Below are positions 15,075 through 22,345 of a DNA stretch of 41,775 nucleotides, piece by piece. Both the position numbers and the translations under genes were made by a program. Below the pieces are notes generated by a model. The model worked only from the letters and a program-made list of their open reading frames with translations, had not been told where the DNA came from and did no database searches. The stretch lies in IMG/VR virus record IMGVR_UViG_3300002461_000190; one strand, written 5' to 3'. The first letter of the stretch is position 1; each line of letters starts with the position of its first letter. The DNA is from a virus.

Positions 15075-15251
15075 GGTCGTTCGTCCCTTTGGTTTGGCCG
15101 CGCTGGGCGGCGGTTGGGGCGAACGTCGCGCGGGCTATGCCAAGCAAGCGTCGTCGGTCGCCTAGCAAGCAATCTAAGGACGAACGACCAATCCGTCAAC
15201 CGGGCGCAAGCGGTCCTTGACAAAAAAAGGCCATGCGTCCAATTTGCGCGA
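15075..15251. promoter_or_regulatory. Divergent early control region
   Basis: Non-coding gap between divergent operons. It contains TTGACA(15217)-N17-CAATTT(15240) with an ATG 6 nt later, AAGCAAGC at 15142 and AGCAAGCA at 15164, and a 12-bp perfect inverted repeat at 15075-15086 and 15178-15189. Confidence 0.6.
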
Positions 15252-15467
15252 ATGGACGATAAAAAGCTTCTGGACGAAATCGAAACCTATTGCGGGGCTT
15301 CAGGAATGAAGCCTTCGACCCTTGGGCTTAAATCCTTGGGGAATAGTCGTTTCGTCGACCGCCTTCGTCGGCGGATCGTGAAGTCTGAAGAAGACGCGAC
15401 CGCCGTTCGCGCGTTCATGCGGGACAATCCGCCAGCGCCCCGCCCCGCGATTCGTCGCCGGAAGTGA
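15252..15467 (+). CDS. Cro/Ner-like small DNA-binding protein candidate
   Basis: MDDKKLLDEIETYCGASGMKPSTLGLKSLGNSRFVDRLRRR.. It is the first rightward gene, has an HTH-like segment, and has leaderless geometry. Confidence 0.5.
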   Translation: MDDKKLLDEIETYCGASGMKPSTLGLKSLGNSRFVDRLRRRIVKSEEDATAVRAFMRDNPPAPRPAIRRRK

Positions 15468-15522
15468 CGCTGGATCACCGCCGCCCCTGACCGGGCGGCT
15501 TGCGCCTTGAAAGGGCTTCGCC

Positions 15523-15720
15523 TTGGAACATATCGTCCAGTTTTTCGCGTTCGCGCACCTTCCCCCACACCTTCAGGCGATCAGCAAGCCGTTCGCGGAC
15601 CTTGCCGATCAGATCGTCGCCACGCTTCCGAAGAACCCGGAACGGACGGTCGCCCTTCGCAAGCTTCTGGAATCGAAAGACGCGGCAGTTCGCGCGGCAA
15701 TCGCCAATCCGACCGAATAG
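15523..15720 (+). CDS. Small helical protein (predicted two helices) with a ..ALRKLLESKDAAVRA motif
   Basis: TTG start with SD AAGGG 7 nt upstream. The sequence is FAFAHLPPHLQ..LPKNPERTVALRKLLESKDAAVRAAI. Confidence 0.45.
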   Translation: MEHIVQFFAFAHLPPHLQAISKPFADLADQIVATLPKNPERTVALRKLLESKDAAVRAAIANPTE

Positions 15721-15729
15721 GTCGTCGCC

Positions 15730-17049
15730 ATGACCAAAGAAGCCGAAGACGACGATCTTTTCGTCGAAGCTTGCGCCATTGCCCGACGTGACGGGCGGGC
15801 GTCCAATACGTTCCTTCAATCCGCCTTGGGGATCGGGACCGGGCGCGCCCGAAAGCTTCTGGCGCGCATGGAAGCCGCCGGGGTCATATCCCCCGCCGAC
15901 GCCTTGGGCGCGCGGACGGTCTATTCGACCGCCAGCGCCCCGCCAGCGCCGACAAGCGATCCGGACGACCAAACCCCCGGCGAAGCGCCAGCGCCCGCCA
16001 GCGCCCCGCCTATCGACGCGGGCGACCAATACGCGGAAGCCGTCCGCTTGGTCCGGGCGAACCCGCATTCCTTCGGGACGTCGTTCCTTCAGCGCCGAAT
16101 GGGGATCGGATACAATGCCGCCGCCCGGCTGGTCGAACGCATGGAAGACGAAGGCGTCGTTTCACGGGCGAACGCGGTCGGGAAGCGGTCGGTTCTTCCG
16201 CTGATCGAAGCCGCATTTCGGGAAGCGGCAAAAGACCCGCGTCACGCCGAAACATTGGAAGCCGCAAGGGAATTGCGCGACCGCAATCTGAAGCAACCCA
16301 AGAAAGGGGAAATGAGAATGGACGACGTAACGGAAGACGGCGACGACGAAGATCGGTTCGGCAATGGCAAGCCGAAGAACGTCCAAGCGCCGGGAAGCAA
16401 TCTGGTTTCGGGCGAAGAACTTCGGACGATCTTCGAACGGATCGAAAAGGTCCGTCACGACAAGGCGAAGCTTGGCGACGTCGAAAAGGAAATCTTCGCG
16501 GAACTGAAGTCGCGGGGATACGACGCCGCCGTCGTTCGTCATATCCTGAAGCGTCGGACCCTGAAGCCCGATCAAGTCGCCGAATTCGAGTCGATCACCG
16601 AACTTTATATGGCGGCGGTCGGGATGCTTAACGAACCCCCGCTTTTCCGTCACTTGTCGGGCTTCGGCGTCGATCCGGCGGTCAAGGAGTCGGTTGTGGC
16701 GGCGCTGAAGATGATTGCCCCAATGGACGGCGATATCACGATCAAGGCCGGGCCGGGGCCGCGCTTGCGGATCACCCGGACGAAGGAAGGCGTTCACGTC
16801 GAAGAAGTATCGGACGCCCCTTGGGCGACCGTTCCCGGCGCTGGCGGCGACGTTCCCGGAAAGACGCCCCCGGCGGCGGTTCCCGACGTGAACGACGACG
16901 GCGCGTTCTTGCTTGGGAAGGAAGCCCGGAAGGAAGACGTCCCGGTCGTCCAGAACCCCTTCCCGTTCGGCGATCAGCGTCGCCGCCATTGGGACGAAGG
17001 TTGGCGCGAACAAGACGGCGGGGACGGGTTCGGGGGCGGCGCGTCGTGA
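15730..17049 (+). CDS. Multidomain DNA-binding fusion: 2x FtsK-gamma-like winged helix, a GapR/DUF2312-like domain, and a C-terminal Rmf-like motif
   Basis: FLQRRMGIGYNAAARLVERMEDEGVVSRANAVGKRSVL (FtsK-gamma pattern), plus a more divergent first copy. ELRTIFERIEKVRHDKAKLGDVEKEIFAELKSRGYDAAVVRHILKRRTLKPDQVAEFESITELYMAAVGM (DUF2312 pattern). NPFPFGDQRRRHWDEGWRE (Rmf-like). Confidence 0.7.
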   Translation: MTKEAEDDDLFVEACAIARRDGRASNTFLQSALGIGTGRARKLLARMEAAGVISPADALGARTVYSTASAPPAPTSDPDDQTPGEAPAPASAPPIDAGDQYAEAVRLVRANPHSFGTSFLQRRMGIGYNAAARLVERMEDEGVVSRANAVGKRSVLPLIEAAFREAAKDPRHAETLEAARELRDRNLKQPKKGEMRMDDVTEDGDDEDRFGNGKPKNVQAPGSNLVSGEELRTIFERIEKVRHDKAKLGDVEKEIFAELKSRGYDAAVVRHILKRRTLKPDQVAEFESITELYMAAVGMLNEPPLFRHLSGFGVDPAVKESVVAALKMIAPMDGDITIKAGPGPRLRITRTKEGVHVEEVSDAPWATVPGAGGDVPGKTPPAAVPDVNDDGAFLLGKEARKEDVPVVQNPFPFGDQRRRHWDEGWREQDGGDGFGGGAS

Positions 17050-18068
17050 CGGCGCGCCCCTTCGCCCGCCTTTCCCAATTCGGCGAAGTCCTGAAGGGGG
17101 AAGAAGCGGAAGAACCGATCTTGGCGAAGGGCGTCGCGTCGTCCCTTCTGGAATGGCTGACCGAAATTTGGGAAGCCGAAGCCCTGAAGGCCGTCGGTCT
17201 TTCGCCCCGTTCCCGCGCGATCTTTCACGGTCCGCCGGGGACGGGCAAAACGACGCTGGCGCACCACTTGGCCGGGCGGCTTGGGCTTCCAATCGTCTTG
17301 ATCCGCCCGGACCGGATCGTCGATTGCTTCGTCGGGTCCAGTGAACGAAATATCGGCGGACTTTTTGACGCCGCCCGCGACAAGAAAGACGGCGGCGAAG
17401 GTCCGGTCCTGTTGTTCTTCGACGAATTCGAAGCTTTGGCGAAGAAGCGCAATGTCGGCGGATCGGACGGCGGCGGCGCGGTCGCGGCGGGGAACCGCCT
17501 TGTCGACGTCCTTCTTCAGCGGTTCGATTCCCATTCCGGCTTCGTCATTGCGGCGACGAATCACGGGGATCATTTGGACCCGGCGATCTGGCGGCGGTTC
17601 GATCTTCAAATCCGGATCGACGCCCCCGGTCAGTCCGAACGGGAACGCATTCTGGCGCGCTATCTTGCCCCATACGGGCTTCCGGGGGATCGCCTGAAGG
17701 AACTTGCCTTCGCCTGTGAGACGGCGACCCCGGCGCTTCTTCGCCAGCTTTGCGAAGGGCTGAAGCGAAACCTTGTGATCGGCGCGAAGCTTAAATGGGA
17801 TATGACCCGCGAAGCGACCTTCGACCGCGTGATCGCCGCGATTGAACCCCACGCCGACGCCGGGAAGCCGCGCCTTTGGGCGCTTGGTTCTGGCGACGCG
17901 GCGGTCCGTCAAATGCCTTGGCCGTTGCCCCTTGCGGCGGATATCCCCGCCAGCCCGCCAGAAGCGCCGCCCAGCGCCGAAGGGCCAAAGGTCGTCACCT
18001 TGCACCCGGCAACCGGGAAGGGCCGTTCTGGGGCCGCTGGCGAAGCCGGGAAGGGGGGTTCGAAATGA
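17046..18068 (+). CDS. AAA+ ATPase (classic AAA family)
   Basis: Walker A GPPGTGKT, Walker B LLFFDEFE, and ..VIAATNHGDHLDPAIWRRFD.. GTGA overlap with the upstream gene. Confidence 0.8.
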   Translation: MTARPFARLSQFGEVLKGEEAEEPILAKGVASSLLEWLTEIWEAEALKAVGLSPRSRAIFHGPPGTGKTTLAHHLAGRLGLPIVLIRPDRIVDCFVGSSERNIGGLFDAARDKKDGGEGPVLLFFDEFEALAKKRNVGGSDGGGAVAAGNRLVDVLLQRFDSHSGFVIAATNHGDHLDPAIWRRFDLQIRIDAPGQSERERILARYLAPYGLPGDRLKELAFACETATPALLRQLCEGLKRNLVIGAKLKWDMTREATFDRVIAAIEPHADAGKPRLWALGSGDAAVRQMPWPLPLAADIPASPPEAPPSAEGPKVVTLHPATGKGRSGAAGEAGKGGSK

Positions 18069-18406
18069 CCCGAACCCGCCTTCCTGATCGCCGCCCGTCG
18101 GTTTGGTTTTCGACCGATTGGCAAGGGCATGAATTCGCCGTGACGGTCGGTCTTGATCCGGACACGGGCGCGCCCTTGGAAGTCTTCGCCAATGCCAAGC
18201 GCGGGGCGATGCACTCCACCATTGCGGACGCGGCGGTCTTGATTTCGCTGGCGCTTCAGCGCGGGGCGACGATCCCCGATCTTCGGCGTTCGCTTCTTCT
18301 GGAAATGACCTTCGACGGGTCCGAAGTCCCGGCAAGCCCAATCGGCGCGATCCTTGAAGCGGTCGAAGTCGGGCTGGCCAAATTGCAAGCGGGGGAAGAC
18401 GCATGA
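18065..18406 (+). CDS. TSCPD-like domain protein (resembles the stand-alone C-terminal domain of class II RNR)
   Basis: RLPDRRPS..FAVTVGLDPDTGAPLEVFANAKRG..AAVLISLALQRGATIPDL. ATGA overlap. Confidence 0.55.
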   Translation: MTRTRLPDRRPSVWFSTDWQGHEFAVTVGLDPDTGAPLEVFANAKRGAMHSTIADAAVLISLALQRGATIPDLRRSLLLEMTFDGSEVPASPIGAILEAVEVGLAKLQAGEDA

Positions 18407-18828
18407 AGCCGCCAGTTCCCCCGCCGGGCCTGAAGACCTTCCCCGCCCCGAAGAAGCGCCGGGGGACGCCCGAAGCGGACTTTCAAAGGGCGCTGGTCCG
18501 CGATCTTCGGGCGATCCTTCTTCCGCCGTTCGTCCTTCACCATTCCGCGAACGAAGTCCGTCGCGGCGGGCGTGAAGGCCGGATCGCGCAAGGGATCGCC
18601 GAAGGAATGGGGGTTCACCCCGGCTTTGCCGATCTGGTTCTTCTGTCGGCGAAGCAATGCGTCTTCTTCGAACTGAAGTCGAAGACCGGGACGCTTTCCG
18701 AAGATCAGATCGACTTCCGGGATTTCGTCCGGGGGCAAGGTCACGGTTGGGCGCTGATCCGGACGCTAGACGAAGCCTTGGCGGCGCTGAAGGCGTTCGG
18801 CATTCCGACAAGGATCAGGCGGACATGA
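18403..18828 (+). CDS. VRR-NUC domain nuclease
   Basis: EADFQRALVRDL..HSANE..GMGVHPGFADLVLL..FFELKSKTGTLSEDQIDF..GHGWALIRTLDEA. Confidence 0.7.
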   Translation: MKPPVPPPGLKTFPAPKKRRGTPEADFQRALVRDLRAILLPPFVLHHSANEVRRGGREGRIAQGIAEGMGVHPGFADLVLLSAKQCVFFELKSKTGTLSEDQIDFRDFVRGQGHGWALIRTLDEALAALKAFGIPTRIRRT

Positions 18829-19106
18829 CAATTCAGGAAAACGACTTCTTTCCCGATCTGGACGTCGCCGCCGCCTATCGCGCCCAGCGCGGCGCGACGG
18901 ACGATCAGCGCCGCATTCTGGCGCTTGAACGGCGGGTCCGGGAACTTGAACTGGCACGATTGAACGACGGGCGCTTGGCGGGCCTAGAAGCCGCCGCCCA
19001 GCGCCGGGAACTGGCGGCGCAAGGGGACGCGATCCTTTCCCTTTGCGACCGTCTGGACGCATTGCAAGCCCGCCTAGACGGGCGCGACGGAAAGGCGACG
19101 ACATGA
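18825..19106 (+). CDS. Hypothetical coiled-coil protein
   Basis: ATGA overlaps at both ends. Confidence 0.5.
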   Translation: MTIQENDFFPDLDVAAAYRAQRGATDDQRRILALERRVRELELARLNDGRLAGLEAAAQRRELAAQGDAILSLCDRLDALQARLDGRDGKATT

Positions 19107-20032
19107 GTCACGAAGGAACGAATTGGGCAATCCGCCAGAAGGGTTTGAAGCCCGCGACGAAGCTTGTCCTTTGGTATCTATGCGACCGACACAACCCGGA
19201 CTTTGGTTGCTTCCCGCGTCAAGATCGGCTGGCGGCTGAAGCCGAAATGTCGGTTTCGTCCTTGAACGATCACCTTCGCATTCTTGAAGAACGCGGGCTG
19301 ATCCGCCGGATCAAGCGTTCGGACCCGAAGACGAAGCAACAGCTTTCGACCCTCTATATCTTGGGGTTTGAAGATCGGTTCACACTAAACCCGGTTCCGA
19401 ATTCCGGAACCGGGCCTGAAGGCGACGATTTGCCCGGTTCTGTGGATAACTACGGGGAAAACGGGGGGTCCGGCTCCGAAAAGCCGACTCCGGAAACGGA
19501 CCAAAAGCCGACTCCGAAATCCGGAACCTATAGTAAGACTGTAAGAGAAAGAACCAGTAAAGAAGAAGACGCGGGCGCAAGCGCAAGCGCGAACCCCCAA
19601 CCGTTCGCCATGACCGAAGCGGGGATGGACGAACTTCTTCGGATTGCTGGTCACGATCCCGACGGCGAACTTCCGTCGTGGTGGCAAGGGCAGATTGCCG
19701 CCGATCACGTCGCCAGATGGAACCGCGATCACGGGTTCACCGAAGCCCGAATTCTGTCGGTCGCGCGGGAAGCCCGGAAGGGTCACGTCCAAGCCTTGCA
19801 AGGTCCGAAGGGGTTCGATGCGGCAATGAAGAAAGCCGCGAAGACGGCGGCGCAACCCGTCACGGCAAAGCCCGGAACCCCCGAAAGCATGGATCAGCTT
19901 TGCGCGTTCTATGCCGAAAAGATCAACGGGCCGGGCTGGTTCCCGACGTCGCTTCGGTCGGACATTCGGGCGGAACTGATCGGGCGGAAGATGGTCACGC
20001 CGGAACGTATGCGGGAAAGGGGTTTGCAATGA
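19103..20032 (+). CDS. Replication initiator candidate (N-terminal winged-helix/HTH, lambda O-like role)
   Basis: NWAIRQKGLKPATKLVLWYLCDRHNPDFGCFPRQDRLAAEAEMSVSSLNDHLRILEERGLIRR, followed by a low-complexity, lower-GC linker that contains DNA repeats. Confidence 0.6.
   Translation: MSHEGTNWAIRQKGLKPATKLVLWYLCDRHNPDFGCFPRQDRLAAEAEMSVSSLNDHLRILEERGLIRRIKRSDPKTKQQLSTLYILGFEDRFTLNPVPNSGTGPEGDDLPGSVDNYGENGGSGSEKPTPETDQKPTPKSGTYSKTVRERTSKEEDAGASASANPQPFAMTEAGMDELLRIAGHDPDGELPSWWQGQIAADHVARWNRDHGFTEARILSVAREARKGHVQALQGPKGFDAAMKKAAKTAAQPVTAKPGTPESMDQLCAFYAEKINGPGWFPTSLRSDIRAELIGRKMVTPERMRERGLQ
19390..19560. other. Candidate replication origin embedded in the initiator gene
   Basis: 10-bp perfect inverted repeat CCCGGTTCCG-aattc-CGGAACCGGG (19390-19414). 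TCCGGAA occurs three times. A 14-bp direct repeat AAAAGCCGACTCCG is at 19479 and 19503. An A/T-rich stretch lies at about 19525-19568. Confidence 0.4.
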
Positions 20033-20466
20033 ACGGGAAAGCTGAAGCGTTCGATCCGGGTTTCAAACCGTCGTCCCCGCCGGGGCGGATCAGCGTCGAC
20101 GACCTTCGCCGACTGGTCAAGGCCGGGTCGACGACGGGCGCGATTGCGGCGTTCTTCCGGGTCCAACCCCCGGCGGTCACGCGGGCTTGTCACGCGAACG
20201 GGATCACCCCGCCCGGTCGCGGCGCGGGGGCTGGCGCTGGCGCTTCGCCCTTGGCCGCTACCCTTGCCCCCGAAACCGAAGAAGCGCGTCCAGCGCCCGC
20301 CCCTGAAGCGCCAGCGGTCGACCCGACGCGGGCGGCGCTGATCGCAACCGGGGGCCGGGGCGCGGACTTGTCCGAATGGGCGGCGGCGCATGGGAAGACG
20401 ATCACCCAAGCCCGCCAAGCATGGTTCGCCCTTCGCCTTCCCCTTGTCCCGAAGAAGGGTTCCTGA
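20029..20466 (+). CDS. HTH protein, possibly GcrA-like at the N-terminus
   Basis: GSTTGAIAAFFRVQPPAVTRACHANGI and ADLSEWAAAHGKTITQARQAWFALRL. ATGA overlap. Confidence 0.4.
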   Translation: MNGKAEAFDPGFKPSSPPGRISVDDLRRLVKAGSTTGAIAAFFRVQPPAVTRACHANGITPPGRGAGAGAGASPLAATLAPETEEARPAPAPEAPAVDPTRAALIATGGRGADLSEWAAAHGKTITQARQAWFALRLPLVPKKGS

Positions 20467-20468
20467 TC

Positions 20469-21071
20469 ATGGCAAACGACTGGAACCTTCCGACGACCGA
20501 AGGCGGTTTCGATTTCATCATGGAGGACCCGCCTTGGCACTTCAAAACCTTCAGCCCGAAAGGCGGGGGCAAGTCCCCGCAAGCCCATTACCGAACGGAA
20601 CCGCTGGACGTGATAAAGGCGATCCCGGTCCGGGACGTCGCGGCGAAGGACTGTCTTCTTTGGCTTTGGGCGACCGGGGCGAACCTGCCCCTTGCCCTTC
20701 AAGTCGTCGAAGCTTGGGGCTTCCGTTATTCGACCCTTGGTTATTGGGGCAAGCTGACCAAGACCGGGAAGATCGGGTTCGGGACTGGATACGGTTTCCG
20801 ATGCGCGGGCGAACCGATTATCCTTGCCCGCCGGGGGAAGCCCAAGAACGAACGGACCGTCCGATCCCTGATCATGGGGGTTGGCGGTCCGGGGTCGGGC
20901 CGCGCCCATTCCGAAAAGCCCGAAGAAGCTTACGCCGCCGCCGAAAGGCTTATGCCGAACGCCCGGCGGCTGGACCTGTTTTCACGAAAGACCCGCCCCG
21001 GCTGGACCGCCTTTGGCGACGAAGCCGGGAAGTTCGACGCCGCAATCCGCAACCTTGACCTTGGAGAATGA
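20469..21071 (+). CDS. MT-A70 family N6-adenine DNA methyltransferase
   Basis: FDFIMEDPPWHFKTFS (DPPW catalytic motif), with the rest of the family pattern (..LWLWATGANLP..AWGFRY..). Confidence 0.85.
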   Translation: MANDWNLPTTEGGFDFIMEDPPWHFKTFSPKGGGKSPQAHYRTEPLDVIKAIPVRDVAAKDCLLWLWATGANLPLALQVVEAWGFRYSTLGYWGKLTKTGKIGFGTGYGFRCAGEPIILARRGKPKNERTVRSLIMGVGGPGSGRAHSEKPEEAYAAAERLMPNARRLDLFSRKTRPGWTAFGDEAGKFDAAIRNLDLGE

Positions 21072-21075
21072 GACA

Positions 21076-21357
21076 ATGAGCCTTGACGAAAACACCCCCG
21101 ACGCCCGGCGCTTCCCGATCATGGGCGGACGCGACCGCGCCCTGAAGTCCGTCGACTGGTCGGTCGCCGAACAAGCCCGCGAACAAGCCCTGACCAATCA
21201 CGGGCAAACGCTGGAACAACTGGCGGCGCGGGGCGGGCTGGACGCCCGCGAACTTCTGGCGGCGCTGAAGGGCGAACGCTATTCGGGGAAGCTGGCGCGC
21301 CTTGACCTGAAGGACGTCGAAGATCAGATCGGCGAATTCGGGGGGGCTGAAGAATGA
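21076..21357 (+). CDS. Hypothetical protein
   Basis: Internal ATG (MSLDENTPDARRF..) of ORF 20881..21357. Confidence 0.5.
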   Translation: MSLDENTPDARRFPIMGGRDRALKSVDWSVAEQAREQALTNHGQTLEQLAARGGLDARELLAALKGERYSGKLARLDLKDVEDQIGEFGGAEE

Positions 21358-21887
21358 CCGAAGCAATCCTGATCGTCGAAGCCCGGCTGGCGGCGGCTGT
21401 CGTCGTGATCCGGTCGATCCCGTCGTCCGCCGACGTCCTTCAGATCGACGTGACCGATTGGCCGGGTTGCGTCCTTGAAACGCTGGACGCCGCCCGCCTT
21501 TATCAGACCGCCCGCCGGGCTATCCCGACCGAAGAAGCCTTGGACGACATGCGGGCCGCTATCGCATGGCTTGGCCACCTTGAACCAGAGGAAGCGGAAC
21601 TGGTTTGGCTTCGGGCTTCTGGCCAGCCTTGGCGCTATGTTTCGCAGAAGACGGGATGCGTCCGCCCGAAGGCTTGGTCCAGATGGAAGGCGGCGATTGC
21701 CAAGATCGCGCGGCGGGCCAAGGTCCGGGCCAAGGCCAGCCCGCCCAAGCCCAAGACCCAAGCCGCGTCGAAGAAGGAAGGGACGGGCGACGCGACGACG
21801 GTCGTCGACCCGCTTCCATTGTTCGGCGCGCCGGGATCGGGGGGCGGTCCGTTGCCCCCCGCCCCGGTCCCTGCCCTGCCCCAATAA
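21354..21887 (+). CDS. HTH protein (sigma-70 region 4-like); late-gene regulator candidate
   Basis: EEAELVWLRASGQPWRYVSQKTGCVRPKAWSRWKAAIAKIA. It is the last gene of the rightward early operon, just before the repeat-rich region. Confidence 0.4.
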   Translation: MTEAILIVEARLAAAVVVIRSIPSSADVLQIDVTDWPGCVLETLDAARLYQTARRAIPTEEALDDMRAAIAWLGHLEPEEAELVWLRASGQPWRYVSQKTGCVRPKAWSRWKAAIAKIARRAKVRAKASPPKPKTQAASKKEGTGDATTVVDPLPLFGAPGSGGGPLPPAPVPALPQ

Positions 21888-22021
21888 GGGGGGGGCGCGC
21901 GGAACCGGGGGGGATAGGCGGGGGCGCGAAGCGCCGAAGTCTTTCGGTCACGGTCAGGACGACGGCGACGAAGAAGCGGACGACGAAGACGAAGCCGCGA
22001 CCGTCGCCCCTGACCGCCCCG

Positions 22022-22120
22022 CCCCCGATCCCCTGCCCCCGATCCCCTGCCCCCTATGCCGGGTCGGTCGGGGATCGGCGGGCGGATCGGGTCGGGATCG
22101 CGGGCCGATCCGGGTCGATC
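22022..22120. repeat. Tandem 14-bp repeat (CCCCCGATCCCCTG x2) facing a set of inverted GGGATCG-type repeats; 7 GATC sites within 94 bp
   Basis: Read directly. GATC occurs at 22027, 22041, 22073, 22085, 22096, 22107 and 22117. Confidence 0.7.
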
Positions 22121-22225
22121 AAGGGGGGGGCCACCCCATGCCCCCCCGGTCTTAGGTTCTTCCGCGCCCCCATACTATGCGGGGGGCGAAAGCGCGTTAA
22201 GTCCCTAGTGTGAAAGGATTTTATT

Positions 22226-22267
22226 GGGTTTCCAGTTGGGGTTTCCACTTTGGGTTTCCAGTTTCCA
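22226..22267. repeat. Phased array GGGTTTCCA x3 at 13-bp spacing, followed by GTTTCCA and degenerate copies
   Basis: Copies start at 22226, 22239, 22252 and 22261. Degenerate TTTCC and GTTTACA follow at 22277-22289. Confidence 0.8.
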
Positions 22268-22345
22268 GCCGGGCAATTTCCGGTTTACAGTTGCCGCAAC
22301 CGACCGGACGAAGCCTTCGATCCGGCAATCTTCAAGGGGCCAATC

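Noticed and set aside
14280-15467. 395-aa plus-strand ORF spanning the start of the leftward operon and the control region.
   Set aside because: Its composition is Arg/Gly-rich and it runs antisense to four well-supported minus-strand genes. Only its last 71 codons (15252..15467, downstream of a TTGACA-N17-CAATTT promoter) look real.
16162-18404. Two long minus-strand ORFs (16162..17292 and 16974..18404) opposite the GapR-fusion and AAA+ genes.
   Set aside because: They are shadow ORFs with low-complexity Arg/Pro-rich translations. The plus-strand genes carry Walker motifs and recognisable domains.
21475-22213. Plus-strand ORFs 21475..22155 and 21605..22213 that would make the repeat-rich region coding.
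   Set aside because: The translations are Arg/Pro/Gly low-complexity, and they start inside gene 21354..21887 in other frames. The downstream part consists of DNA-level tandem and inverted repeats, so it is better explained as non-coding.
22022-22289. Whether the short repeat arrays could be a CRISPR array.
   Set aside because: Repeat units are only 9-14 bp and directly abutting or 4 bp apart. There are no ~30-bp unique spacers and no cas genes.
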